Shown here: in pieces, positions 48,359 through 60,540 of the stretch
Layout: the number at the start of each line of letters is the position of its first letter
How positions within the stretch are numbered: position 1 is the stretch's first letter
DNA from: Felis catus
Lineage: Eukaryota
Reading direction: 5' to 3'
Length of the DNA stretch: 64,000 nt
Assembly: GCF_018350175.1 (NCBI RefSeq)
Contig: NC_058368.1
Span: forward strand, 3,844,001-3,908,000
The notes under the pieces: model-generated
Seen by the model: only the letters and a program-made list of their open reading frames with translations
What the model was told of the DNA's origin: nothing
The model's database searches: none
Translations under genes and position numbers: made by a program

Positions 48359-50569
48359 TCTAAATTTAAATTTTTTATTTTAATATTTTGGGGACAGTTA
48401 ACTGAGGTTGGAGTCCTCAGATGATAAACTGTGGGTTCTCTCGGATGCCTCCTGACTAGAGGGCCCTCCACTCACATGCAGTGCGCCCTTCAGTTATGCG
48501 GAATGGGGACAGAAAATTTACTAGGGAGGCCAGATTTTAATAGTCCCTTGGCATCAGGGACCGTGAGTTCTGTCAATCATCTTGGCACATGCTTAGCACT
48601 CAGTAAATATATCCTGAATGAATAAAGGTGTGCATTATATTAGAAATGTGTGTGAATTAATTTTATAGACTGTATGTGAGTGTAAAGTGACAGTGTATCT
48701 ACCTTGCGCTCTTGCCTTATATTGTAGCACTGAAAACGAGTTTTGGGCGTTATAGATTTTGATTACATTAACCCAAATTGTGCCAGCAGCTGAGTCCACT
48801 TCAAGTTAGGATGGCTAACCCCAGAGACCAGCAAATGTTTCCTTGCCATTGCTGCCCCTGTCCCTAGCCCGCACTTTCTCGCGAGATACGGTCAGCACGC
48901 ATGGCATTTTCTTCGACATTCAGGAACCTGTTGCTAATTCAGGGTGCTTCCGTGCTGCCTTTCAACAAAATAAGGCGAACAAACACATGTTCGTGGATCA
49001 AAAGGCAAGATGCACAAAAAGATTATTCTGCACAAAGTGCCAGGGTTTGACCGAAAGACGATGGGTAGACTTTCGGTCATTCTCCTCAAAGTGAGATGCT
49101 ATAAATGATACAGTTCTCATCTGTGGGTGAGCTTAATCCCTTGCTTTGGAAATACTCCCTACATACTGTAAGTTAATTTATCCTTTCATTTTTTTCCTAG
49201 TTTGAAAGATTTCTCTGTATAGAAGATTGCAGTTTTGTTTTTATTTTATTCTTCTGTAAACTAATATCCTTCCTTGAATACATACATGCCAAGGAAGTAA
49301 CAGGACTATAAAACCCTTTCATGAGCTTTGGCACCAAAATGATAAAATCAGCTAGAGCTCTCAACATTTGCAGAAAGCTATAGAATTTTTAACATGCAAC
49401 AGCTAGTTTCTAATTCTCTACCTGAATGCAGCCACCTACACAGTCATTAGTCTCGATAGACTGAAAACCATAACTTCCCAAATTAGCAAAGTTTAGAAGA
49501 CTTTCTCTGCTTAGATCCCCAGTGGGTAGCAATGGAAGGTTTATTATCTTACACATGCGATCATTCCAGTCCCCTTGTCCACTCTTCATACTTTAATATT
49601 TCTCTATAGAAAACAGTAAAATCAACTATGGGTAATATATTTAAAAATGCCATGATCAAATTTATGGGGGAAGACAAGTAAAACATTACCAAATGAAAAC
49701 ACAAGGATGTCAAAGAATATCGAGACCTCAAACAGAAGTTAAGTGTTGACAAGGGAACTAATCTGAACTCTGTGAAACCAAGCCTTTAACAGCCTCTATG
49801 TGCCCGACACGCATCACAAAGACCCCAGATCGTGAGTATCTCACCAATGAGTTCCACTCTTAGCACTGTAACTTCGTGTAGCAGAATTTTACATCATTGC
49901 CACGTATGACATCTGTTGAATATAAAGTAATATTAGGACATTGTAGCAACTGATGCTAACCATAAAGGTTCTAGAATATTTTGTGTTGGCCACGATCATA
50001 ACTAAATCAGTTAGGAATGTGGACATTAAAAGAAATCAGTGCAATAAAGTGGCTAATTCCGTTTTTCCTTTTTATACTTCCCTTCCATAAAACTAATATA
50101 CAATATTAGTTTTAGTTCTAGTGTGCATGGTTATAAAATGACATCCATGAGTCTTATCAGTAAGTATGTCAAAATAAGGCATCTTTAATTTTTAATGACC
50201 CGCATGGATTTTTTTAAACCTTTATGGTTATTTATTTATTTGTGTATAAAATATTTTAGTGCATTCAATGAATGTAATTTTAACAAGATAAGATGAAAGA
50301 ATCCAAGCTTAAAAAGAAAAAAAAAACCACACTAACCCTGAAAGTTAAATTTCTTTAGTTACTTTTTATTTGGGGGTAAAAAAGGATATAAACAATCAGA
50401 GCAGAATTGTAGTATTGAATATCAGAATTAAGCTTATAGTTCTATATTGGTTCTTGACCCTCTCAGGAGCTACCCGGGTGAATCTGAAATTGGCCCCCAA
50501 ACACGAAGGCAGGGAGAGACCAAAGAAAGAGGCAGGCTTCTCCAGGTTGGTAGGTGACAGTTTTTTGTG

Positions 50570-51615
50570 TTTTTTTTAAATTATTATTTAATTATTATTT
50601 TTTTAATTCCAGTATAAGTAACATACTGTGTTATATTAGTTTCAGTAACCTGTAAGCAACCTGTAAGTAACTTATAAGGCACTTTGCAGACTCAACAGTT
50701 ATGCACATTATGCAGTGCTCATCACATGGAGTGTATTCTGGATCCCCTTCCTCCATTACACCCATCCCCCTGCCCACCTCCCCTCCCGTAACCGTCTGTT
50801 TGTTCTGTATAGTTAAGAGCCTAGTTTTCGGTTAGTTTCTGTTTTTCTTTGTTCATTTGTTTTGTTTCTTAAGTTGCACGTATGAGTGATACTGTATGGT
50901 ATTTGTCTTTCTCTGACTGACTTATTTCACTCAGCGTGATACCCTCTAGATTCATCCATGTTGTTGCAAATGACAAGGTCCTGTTCTTTTTTATGCTGAA
51001 TAATATTTCCTTGTATGTACCCCATCTTCTTTGCTCTTTCATCCATCAGTGGACCCTTGGGCTGCTTCCATATCTCGACTATTATAAATAATGCTGCAAT
51101 GAATGTAGGGGCACATATACCTTTTCAAATTAGCATTTTCCTTTTCTTTGGGTGAACACCCAGTACTGGAATTGCTACATCGTATGGTGGTTCTGTTTGC
51201 AACTTTTTGAGGAAACCCCTGTTTTCCACAGGGGCTGCACAATTTTGCATTCCCCCCAGCAGTGCATGAGGGTTCCTTTTTCTCTACACCCTTGCCAACA
51301 CTGTTGTTTCCTGTGTTGTCGATTTTAGCCACTCTGACCGGCGTGAGGTGGTATCTCAGTGTGGTTTTGATTCATATTTCCCTGCTGATGAGTGACATTG
51401 AGCATCTTTTCATGTGTCTGTTGGCCATCTGGATGTCTTCTTTAGAAAAACGTCTGCTCGTCTCTTCTGCCCATTTTGTGATCGGATTGTTTGTTTTTCA
51501 GTGTTGAGTTGCATAAGTTATTTACATACCTTGGATATTAACCCCTTATTTTGATGAAGTCCCAATAGTTTTGCTTTTGTTTCCCTTGCTTTGGGAGTCA
51601 TGTCTAAAAGAACTT
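50570..51615 (-). mobile_element. 5'-truncated carnivore L1 (ORF2 C-terminus plus 3' UTR)
   Basis: Minus [34 protein letters not shown] is the L1 ORF2 Cys-rich C-terminal region, frameshifted; A-rich tail at the left end. Confidence 0.92.
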
Positions 51616-51619
51616 TTTC

Positions 51620-51837
51620 GGGGCGCCTGGGTGGCGCAGTCGGTTAAGCGTCCGACTTCAGCCAGGTCACGATCTCGCGGTCCGGGAGTTCGAGCCCCGC
51701 GTCAGGCTCTGGGCTGATGGCTCAGAGCCTGGAGCCTGTTTCCGTATCTGTGTCTCCCTCTCTCTCTGCCCCTCCCCCGTTCATGCTGTGTCTCTCTCTG
51801 TCCCCAAAATAAATAAATGTTGAAAAAAAAATTTTTT
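51620..51837 (+). mobile_element. Young felid Can-SINE with perfect TSD
   Basis: GGCGCAGTCGGTTAAGCGTCCGACTTCAGCCAGGTCACG head; TSD AAAGAACTTTTTC at 51607-51619 and 51838-51850. Confidence 0.97.
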
Positions 51838-51850
51838 AAAGAACTTTTTC

Positions 51851-52068
51851 TTTAAAAAAAAATTTTTAAGGTTGATTTTTGAGAGACAGACATAGACAGA
51901 GAGTGAGCAGGGGAGGGACAGAGAGAGAGAGGGAGACACAGAATCCGAAGCAGGCTCCAGGCTCCGAGCTGTCAGCACAGAGCCCGACGCGGGGCTCGAA
52001 CTCACAAACCGTTACATCATGACCTGAACCGAAGTCTGGATGCTTAACTAAGCCACTCAGGCGTCCCC
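51851..52068 (-). mobile_element. Can-SINE
   Basis: Reverse SINE directly tail-to-tail with the previous copy. Confidence 0.95.
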
Positions 52069-52508
52069 TTAGTGATATTTTCTAATGCCTCCATTTGTTA
52101 ACTATGGCATTTTATAAACTCTGAAAATCTGAAGAAAATTTATCGGCACTCACTGCATATGAAAACTTGAATGCGTTCTCTCGATGACTTGTTTTCTTCA
52201 TCTCTAAAATACTTGATGAATACTGGACGATACCTAAGTCCTTCCTGATGTAAACTTTGATGATGCTTTCTCAGGTGCTTTCCTCATGGATTTTCAATAA
52301 GTACTGTTGTCTCATTTTGGCGGATCAAGACTCGTGATCTTGCTTTCCTTGCTTTGGATGGGTAGCGAATGTTGAATATGGCACACTAGCTCCATGGCAA
52401 TCTAGACTGTGTTCGATTATGTAGGAAAAGCTGATGAAGACAATCCCTACAATGGCTTTGTACGGTTAAATATCTTTTTTTTTTTTTTCAAACTACCTGG
52501 TTTATGCT

Positions 52509-53156
52509 TGTGGTCGGCAGAATTGTAAGAAGGCTCCCATGACCTCCAGCCCTGGTGTCGTGTTCTGTATAATCCCCTCCCCTTGACTGTGGGCAGGACC
52601 TGTGATTTGCTTCTAGGACCTGTGATTTCAATCGAATATGGCAGAAGTGGTGGAATTAAGTCACATTATGTAGCAAAGGCAAAGGCACTTTGCAGATACG
52701 ATTAATGGCCCAAATCAGTGATTTTGAGTTAGTGAGGAGAGACATTATCCTGGGGAGGCCTGACTCAATCAGGTAAATGGCCTTAAAAGAAAGCCCTCTC
52801 ATGGGAGATTCTCCCGTGGCCTTGAAGGCCTGAGCTGGCGTGTTGAGAGGGTCTGTGAGGGGCCCCGTGGCGAGGACGAGGGGCAGCCACTAGGGGCTGA
52901 GAGTGGCCCCTGGCAGCATGGAGACCTTGTTCCCTCTCCTGCAAGGAACTGAATGCTACCAACAGCCCCACAGCTTGGAGGGGAACCCCAAGTCCAGAAA
53001 GGAACCCCGCCTAGCTGATCCCTCAGCCGCAATTGTGTGAGACCCTGAGCAGCGCCCAGAATCCTGACCCAGGGAAACTGAGACAGAAGAAACACACAGT
53101 GTTTTAAGCTGCTACGTTCCCGATAGTTTGTTCCATAGCAGTAGACAGTGAATACA
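52509..53156 (+). mobile_element. MLT1E-like MaLR solo LTR
   Basis: TGTGGTCGGCAGAATT...ATAATCCCCTCCCCTTGACTGTGGGCAGGACCTGTG...GCAAGGAACTGAATGCTACCAACA...GTTTTAAGCTGCTA...AATACA. Confidence 0.88.
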
Positions 53157-53819
53157 GTGTTATCCACGATTCAGAGTGTTTCATTTCTCTTTTGCTAGAT
53201 ATTGACAACCAGAAAGAAAACCGAGAGAAAAACTCTAAAAGTACCTAAATGAATTTTCCTGATGATTTATATTCGTAACCACTTATTATTGAGGACATAT
53301 TTAATTTTTGACTCTTTGCATTGCTGGACATTGATATATCTTAAGTAACTGAGGACATAAGAAAAAGATAAGAATATTTGAGCCTAATCTAATACTGTGC
53401 CTTTGAACCATTTACTACCTGAGAAATTCTTTATTCAGCAAGTAAATTTATTTCTTTTTGAAAATATTTTATTATGTATCCTCAGTTTTTCACTTTAATA
53501 ACAAAAATGTTCTTATATTCATTATTAGGATAGATTGATTATTTCATTATAATCGAGGAAATCACCGAATATATGTATTGGTATATTATTATCATGAAAA
53601 GAGCTTATATTTAAGAGTCTCTTTTTTATTTTAATAACTCCTAACTGATGCACACAGATTGCACAGTCCGTTTATTCCCATCAACTCAGTTCATCCTCAC
53701 AATTACCCTATGAATATGGCTTTGACTGACTACACCATTATATATTTTATTTTGGTGATTTCAGCGATCGGCGTACTTAACAAATACCAGTTTCCATGAA
53801 AATCAGGAACACCTAAGCC

Positions 53820-54610
53820 AGGTCGTCAGAGGTCTTCTGCACCCAGTTAGAAGGTAGTAAGTACTATGAAGTACTCGGATTTGGGGTCCTCACACCGTGT
53901 CCCAAGGAGCCCTAGTGGGATCTTAGGGGACCCAGGAAATACCACTTTTTCCCCAGCCAAGTTCAGAACCAGTGAAAAGGAGAAAAAGGAGTCAGGTAGG
54001 GACAGCTCAAAATAACGTCTGTATTACTGATAAAAGCCAAGTGCAGGGTACAGTTTGGACCTGCCCAAACATCTTGTCCCTCAGAATTAGAGGAGTTACC
54101 CAGCAAGTCACAGATAGCATGGGAAACTGCAGACACCCCTCCAAGGGCAGGGACCTGACCACTGTGCCACACTTCCGATCTGCTTTACTGTACGGACAGC
54201 AAACTGGAAATCTCAGGGCAGGTAGATCCTCAGGGACGGAGGAGCTGAGCCAGTGGACTGCTTCTTCTCCCAACTCACCAGCCCTGCAGGGCGCTCCTCC
54301 TGGCCTGGGGTGCAGAGAGGGGCCAAAGTGTTTCTCTGATGGCAGGGCCCTCCTGTGTACCCCACTTCAGTGGCCCAAAGTTGACTTTTCAGACTGCCAG
54401 AGAGGGGAGATCAGTCAGGATGTAAGTTAGAAATTGGGGGAACAGAAATGTGCAGGAAAGGGGAGCCCATCCAGCCACCTTGGAGCCTGGTGATCCCTGG
54501 CCCTGGTTACCCCAGCCTGCCTCTTCAGCTGTTTTAAAAGCTCTGTCTGGAGCAGTCTGAGATGAGGAGATGACTCCATTGTGTACATCCAATCCTGTTA
54601 TGGAAAATCA
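53820..54610. mobile_element. Possible ERVL-type solo LTR
   Basis: GC-richer LTR-sized block in AT-rich surroundings ending ...TTATGGAAAATCA; family not assigned. Confidence 0.3.
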
Positions 54611-54727
54611 ATGAGTGGATTCCCTTCCCATTGAGCCCAAAACCACATTAGCTCTTAAAATTCTGCGGATAGTTCTCTTTCGACTCAGTGCTTCTGCACA
54701 CGTTATTCCCTCTACCTAGAACAGCGA

Positions 54728-54745
54728 CGCGCGCGCGCGCGCGCG

Positions 54746-54785
<40 letters not shown>
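54728..54785. repeat. Compound (CG)13(CA)16 microsatellite
   Basis: CG x13 at 54728-54753, directly followed by CA x16 at 54754-54785. Confidence 0.97.
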
Positions 54786-54787
<2 letters not shown>

Positions 54788-55907
54788 CTCAGCTCAAAGG
54801 GATGTTGACTGGGACTCAGCTCAAAGGGATGTTCCTTGACCATCCCCATCCACAGGCGAAGACAGGGTCCTCCTATCCTTCTATTTTCTAGGACTCCGAT
54901 TTGTTTCCCCCGTCATAGCACACATCATAATTTGAATTTGTATACCTTTCTGTGGTTAATGTCTTCTCACCCACTAGGATCGTGTCCGTTAAGCCCAGTA
55001 GACTCAACATCTAGCATCTAGCATAAAATCAACACTCCCTAAATATTTCTTGAATACATAACTGATCGAATGACTGAATGAGAGTATTTTCCTTATTTCC
55101 TTCAATTAAATTGTCGTTCTGTATTTTTAGCAAGGGAATAGAGAAGGAGCCAAGGCAACCCAGAATAGGCAAAGGCGATCGAAGAGCAGGATAATCCAGT
55201 TGCTAAAGTGCAGATTAGGGAGGAGGCTGGAGGGTAACATCACACGGGAATGAGGGCTGTCCCACTCAGTGTGCGTGACAGTTCCTGGAAAGGTTAGTAG
55301 AAATAGATCTTGTGAAGCCACTTCCCAAAAGATGCTGGTTAATGGCGTCTAGAGTGGGGCTCAGGGTTCTCCCAGGGACCCGAGTCCAGGTTGTAGACGA
55401 GGTTTGGGAACACATTGCCTTAGGGTCATCGAGAGTTCAGACTACTTTCAGGTAATACAGTGTTACTTATGTGGTGTCACTTGTCCAGATTTCACGTTGT
55501 TTCCTAAAGCCTATCATTCTTAATGGTTGATGCCGAGATGTGTCGTAATGTAGAAGCATTCTGTTCCTTAACTGATGGAATACGCCTGAATGAGATCATG
55601 CGGAGCAAGACATCGCACTTTGTCTAAAGAGCTGTCGACTCATCACCCGTATCTCAGCCCTGGTCTTCCTGGCAAATACGTCGAATAGCATTTATCAAAT
55701 AGAATTCATTCAAAAAGAAAAGATGACGCATAAGCTGTTGAAATGGAAAGAATTCTTATCTGTGTCAGGCCTTGATCGTTTATTGAAGAGATCAAGTTCA
55801 GTCAAAACAAAAGTTGCTTGTCCAAAAATACTTTCTGCTAGAGTATTTCAATATTTGACAAATGTTTCATTAGATTGGGCAGAGATTTTATTTAAAAATA
55901 TCTTACT

Positions 55908-56108
55908 GGGCACCTGGGTGGCTCAGTCAGTTCAGCGTCTGACCCTTGGTTTTGGCTCAGGTCACGATCCCAAGGTTATACGATGAAGCCCCATGTCGGG
56001 CTCTGCGCAGGCGGCGTTAGGATTCTCTCTCCCTCTCTCTCTCTCTGCCCCTGCCCTGTGCATGCTTGCTTTCTCTCTCTTTCTCTCTAAACATAAATAA
56101 GTGTTTAA
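55908..56108 (+). mobile_element. Can-SINE (diverged)
   Basis: Head GGGCACCTGGGTGGCTCAG; ATATCTTACT flanks both sides. Confidence 0.9.
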
Positions 56109-57614
56109 AAGATATATCTTACTTACTGCAGTAGCTGAGTGGAAAAAAGAATTTCTATCATATGTTCAGTTACTGATACGACAGTATATATATTTTTTAA
56201 TTTATTTTTATTATTATTATTTTTTAATATGTGAAATGTACTGTCACGACAGTATATTTTAAGATGCCTCTTTTCAGTGACAAGACTTCGCTCACGGAAA
56301 TCACTGCGGGATGGGGGGGGGGGACAGGCACCCACAGGTCCCCCGGAGCCTACCAGGTCTGCAGGTGACGTTGTGTTCAGCCTGGCCCTTTGTTTGCCAA
56401 AAGCTGTGTGGTCTCTGCCCACAGGAAAACAGCAGGTGTAAGGGTGAAGGCAGTGACATTTCATCTGGCCCGTAGATCGTGGAAGAGATTTCCACTTCTT
56501 CGCTCCACGTCACAGAGTTTCACCCTCTGACTCCCACCTGCCTTTACAGAGACCCGTGCTCGTGGGGCGAGAGCAGGTGGCCTCCTGTTCTCCGTCCCTG
56601 CCTTCCAGAGCCTGGCCTCCTGGTCGTTCCATCGTCAGGGAGCCCATATTGGCTCCTTACACCCCCTCCCTCTTTCCCACGCATTTTTCACACCAACGGA
56701 GACTCGGATTAAAAGAAAACCATGACGCGGTGGCATTTTCAAGCAGCACCTTGACATTTTCTCAAATTATTTACAGCTCTCTAAAAAGAATTACACGACA
56801 TCGGTGCTTACCAGTCTAAAAGGCAAATTGAAATGTTTGATTTGTGTCTTAGTCATAATCCAGTGGGATTGATCCAGAGGTCACAGGCAGTAAGAGCGCG
56901 TACTAACTTAATGGCATTTTCTTTCTAAGAAGACAAGCTATTAGTGAGCCGGGGTGGAGGGGAGGAAGATACACCTAGAGCTGGTCCAACTACACAGGAA
57001 TTTCACTGATACCACAGTGACACAAGTCCCATTGTCACCGGTGTCTAGAGATGTGCATAGCACTGTAGTTTTCATTTTTATCTCAAGGACATTCCTTCAG
57101 TTTTCCTTTTTATTCTAACTTTTCCATGAGTGACTTAAGCATATTTTAACGATTGGGAAATAAAGAAAGCAAGAGCACCCAGTCTCACAAGCCTTAGGTT
57201 CTTGCCACGCCTGGTGGCACTCAGTCATCCGCTTACCCCGGGCACCAGATCCACGTTCCCGTCACGGGGAGTATTCCAGCACAGTAAATGTGCTCTAGAT
57301 GCAAATGGATCCACATGCTTCCCTTTCCCACTAATGATGTAAGACTGATAATGCCTTTGGGCAAATAGTTTGTTTTTTTCTCATGAATGCTAATGAAGAG
57401 AATATCTTGTAATTAATAAACCCACCTAGTCTCACTCACTTCTTGAAGTGTTACTTGTTTAAAAAAGAACAAAAGCCCAATTTTTACCAGTACTGGAAGA
57501 TGGAAAGAACATTAGCTTAGGAGCCAGACTGGATAAGAATCTTGGTTTTAATTAGGATTATGTTCATCTGTGATTTTCTGATGGTGCACATGCACACAGT
57601 ACTGTTTGCAAGTA

Positions 57615-57616
<2 letters not shown>

Positions 57617-57657
<41 letters not shown>

Positions 57658-58492
57658 CAATATAATTTATTGTCAAGTCAGCTGACATACAATGTATACA
57701 GTGTGCTCTTGGCTTTGGGAGTAGATTCCCATGATTCATCGCTTACAACCAGTGCCCAGCGCTCATCCCAACAAGTGCCCTCCTCACCCACTTTCCCCTC
57801 TCCCCCACCCCCCATCAAACCTTAGTGGGTTTTTTTTGTATTTAAGGGTCTCCTGTGGTTTGCCTCCCTCTCCATTTTGCCTCCCTCTCCATTGTTTTTT
57901 CCCCTTCCCCTCCCCCATGGTCTTCATTAAGTTTCTCAAATTCCGCATATGAGTGAAAACATATGATCTCTGTCTTTTTTGCCTGCCTTATTTCACTTAG
58001 CATAATACCCTCCGGTTCCATCCATGTTGTTACAAATGGCGAGATTTCATGCTTTCTCATTGCCAGGTAGTATTCCATTGTATATATAAACCTCTTTTTT
58101 TAATTTTAATATTTATTATTTTTGAGAGAGAGACAGAGAGCAAGCAGGGGAGGGGCAGAGAGAGAACAGACCTAGAATCCAAAGCAGGCTCCAGGCTCTG
58201 AGCCGTCAGCACAGAGCCTGACGCGGGGCTCGAGCTCACGAACCATGAGATCATGACCTGAGCCAAAGTTGGACGCTCAACCGACTGAGCCACTCAGGGA
58301 CCCCTAAACCACATTTTCTTTATCCATTCATCAGTTGGTGGACATTTGGGCTCTTTCCATAATTTGGCTATTGTTGATAGTGCTGCTGTGAACACTGGGG
58401 TGCATGTGCCCCTATGGATCAGCACTGCTGTGTCCTTTGGATAAATTCCTCGTAGTGCAATTGCTGGGTCGTAGGGTAGTTCTATTTTCAGT
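57617..58492 (-). mobile_element. 5'-truncated felid L1 with (TG)19 at the tail position and an internal SINE
   Basis: Minus ORF MEYYLAMRKHEISPFVTTWMEPEGIMLSEIRQ is the L1 ORF2 C-terminus; degenerate TSD TGTTTGC(AAG/TAT)TATTT(G/A)TG at 57603-57620 and 58493-58510. Confidence 0.92.
58093..58304 (-). mobile_element. Can-SINE nested in L1
   Basis: Reverse SINE; TAAACC repeated on both sides; L1 sequence resumes in register. Confidence 0.94.
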
Positions 58493-60239
58493 TGTTTGCT
58501 ATTATTTATGATACTTAAATGCTTGGTTTAAATGTGGCACAAAATTACGAAATCCTTGGGCCAAAGTGTTTTTTACTTTATTCTGTGTTGAGCACAAAAT
58601 GAATGTCATCCTGTTAAACTTTCGCTGTAAAAATATGGGGAAAGTCACACTCAGACAATACTATCATTCCATTGGTCAAATATGGGTGTGAGCATGGATG
58701 ATGTGGTTGATATTAGTACAAAGAGCAGGGGGTTAAAACCATCACTGAAACAAAGGTCTGTGTGGTCAGTAGTCACCATTGCGATAGAGCCATAATGCTT
58801 GGACTGTATGTGACTGTCAGATGTGAAAGTCCGACCAATTTCAGACATTCTGTCTACAGAGTTTGAGATAACAGAATTTCAAGGATGACTATACTCAAAA
58901 AAAAAAAAAATGAGACCCAGAGAGGGGGACCATTTATCTACTGTGTCTTAAGAATTAATAGGAGACTTTTCAGCGTCCTCCTCCATAGCAATCTTTCTAT
59001 GACAAAGTTCATTATTGCCATTCCATTAAGAACCCTTTAAAAGTGAACTTGAGTCTTTCTTATCTTTCTGTCTTGGCCCAGATTGAGTCCCACACGCTCT
59101 GAGAAATAGTCTCCAGTTTCTCTATTAATCATGCCTCGTTCTGAACTCTCAAAGTTGTCTGTACTACTGGTATATTTTTTCACGTCAGAGAAACTTTTCT
59201 GAGGGGCCAGTAGAGGTTTTTGTTCTGTTTTATTTTAATTCCCAGTATCACAGTGCCTTGTACGGAATTTAGGTCCCCAGTAAATACTTGACGCTCCTAA
59301 AAAACGAGAAGAAATGAAAGATAATTTTCGCACATGTGTATGAAATTAGCAACGACCAAGAAAAAGACGGCACAAATTCAGTACTAGGTTGATTACACAA
59401 AATTACTATAGGATTTGCAGATGGGTGGGTGGATGCAAAACTACGAATCAGAAATTTGCTCATCTATTATGTATTTTGTTCATAGACTCTGATACTGAGT
59501 GGACCATGACATTCGCTCACAAATTCTCAATTTCTTTGCAAACGCACTTGGATAAATAATGTGTGTCCTTAAAGTTGTTTCCCCAAATTCTCTGAGATGT
59601 CAGCATGGTGGTATAACATTGACTTCTCTTCGTATCCAAATGTCCAGGTGAGTGGTAGCAAAAGCATCTGATCTCTAGGACACTTCCCAGCTGTGAGTTG
59701 TATAAAACAATATGGACTGATTGATTTGATGTAGACTCCTCCTGTTGGCCAGCCTGGTACTCTGACTTTAATCCCCAAATCTATACTGCTTGAATCACCT
59801 GGTCTGAGTATTCCCACACTACTGGTAATATATGGAGAAGCACATTCAGATATTCTGGAAATTTGGTTTTAATGCCAGGATAGTAGAAAACGATGATGGT
59901 TATGATGATAAATAACTTTGTGTAGTGCTTTAGAACATATAAAGCACTTTCAAGTGTATACAGCATTATAAACATATCCATATATAACGTCTCTGTATAA
60001 TGCCACCTTTTCCAAATAGCAAATTAAGGAACTACCATTCAGAGTATTCCTGATATGAGCAGTTTTAACTAGATTTCTCTCCCCCAAACACCCGGTTTTA
60101 TGAACACCATTTATAGAATGATCTGTTTTTTGCTTTTGACAACTTTTATTACTTTTAATGTTTGTGAATTTCGTATGCAGTTTTGAAAGAAAGAAGACTT
60201 GAGAAAGAAACAAGAAATTACTCCTAACAGAACTATCTA

Positions 60240-60540
60240 AAAAAAAATTTTAACATTTATTTATTTTTGAGAGACAGAGAGAGACAAAGCATGAGCGGGG
60301 CAAGGGCAGAGAGAGAGGGAGACACAGAATCCGAAGCAGGCTCCAGGCCCTGAGCTGTCAGCACAGAGCCCGACGCGGGGCTCGAGCTCACGAACCGTGA
60401 GATCATGACCTGAGCCGATGTCGGCTGCTCAACCAACTGAGCCACCTAGGTGCCCCCGATTTTTAAAAAACCTTTTAACATTTATTTATTTTTGCGATAG
60501 ACAAAGCATGAGGGGAGAGAAGCAGAGAGAGAGAGGGACC
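60240..60540 (-). mobile_element. Full Can-SINE plus a 5'-truncated Can-SINE within one pair of direct repeats
   Basis: Full copy at 60240-60457 and partial copy at about 60460-60540; CTAAC(A/G)GAACTATCTA at 60224-60239 and 60541-60556. Confidence 0.9.

Noticed and set aside
545..60445. Family of similar short ORFs (MAQSV.RPTSAQVMISRFVSSSPASGSVLTA.SLEPASDSVSPSLSAPP) suggesting a repeated peptide gene
   Set aside because: All are translations of Can-SINE bodies, mostly from GTG/TTG starts, with no exon structure.
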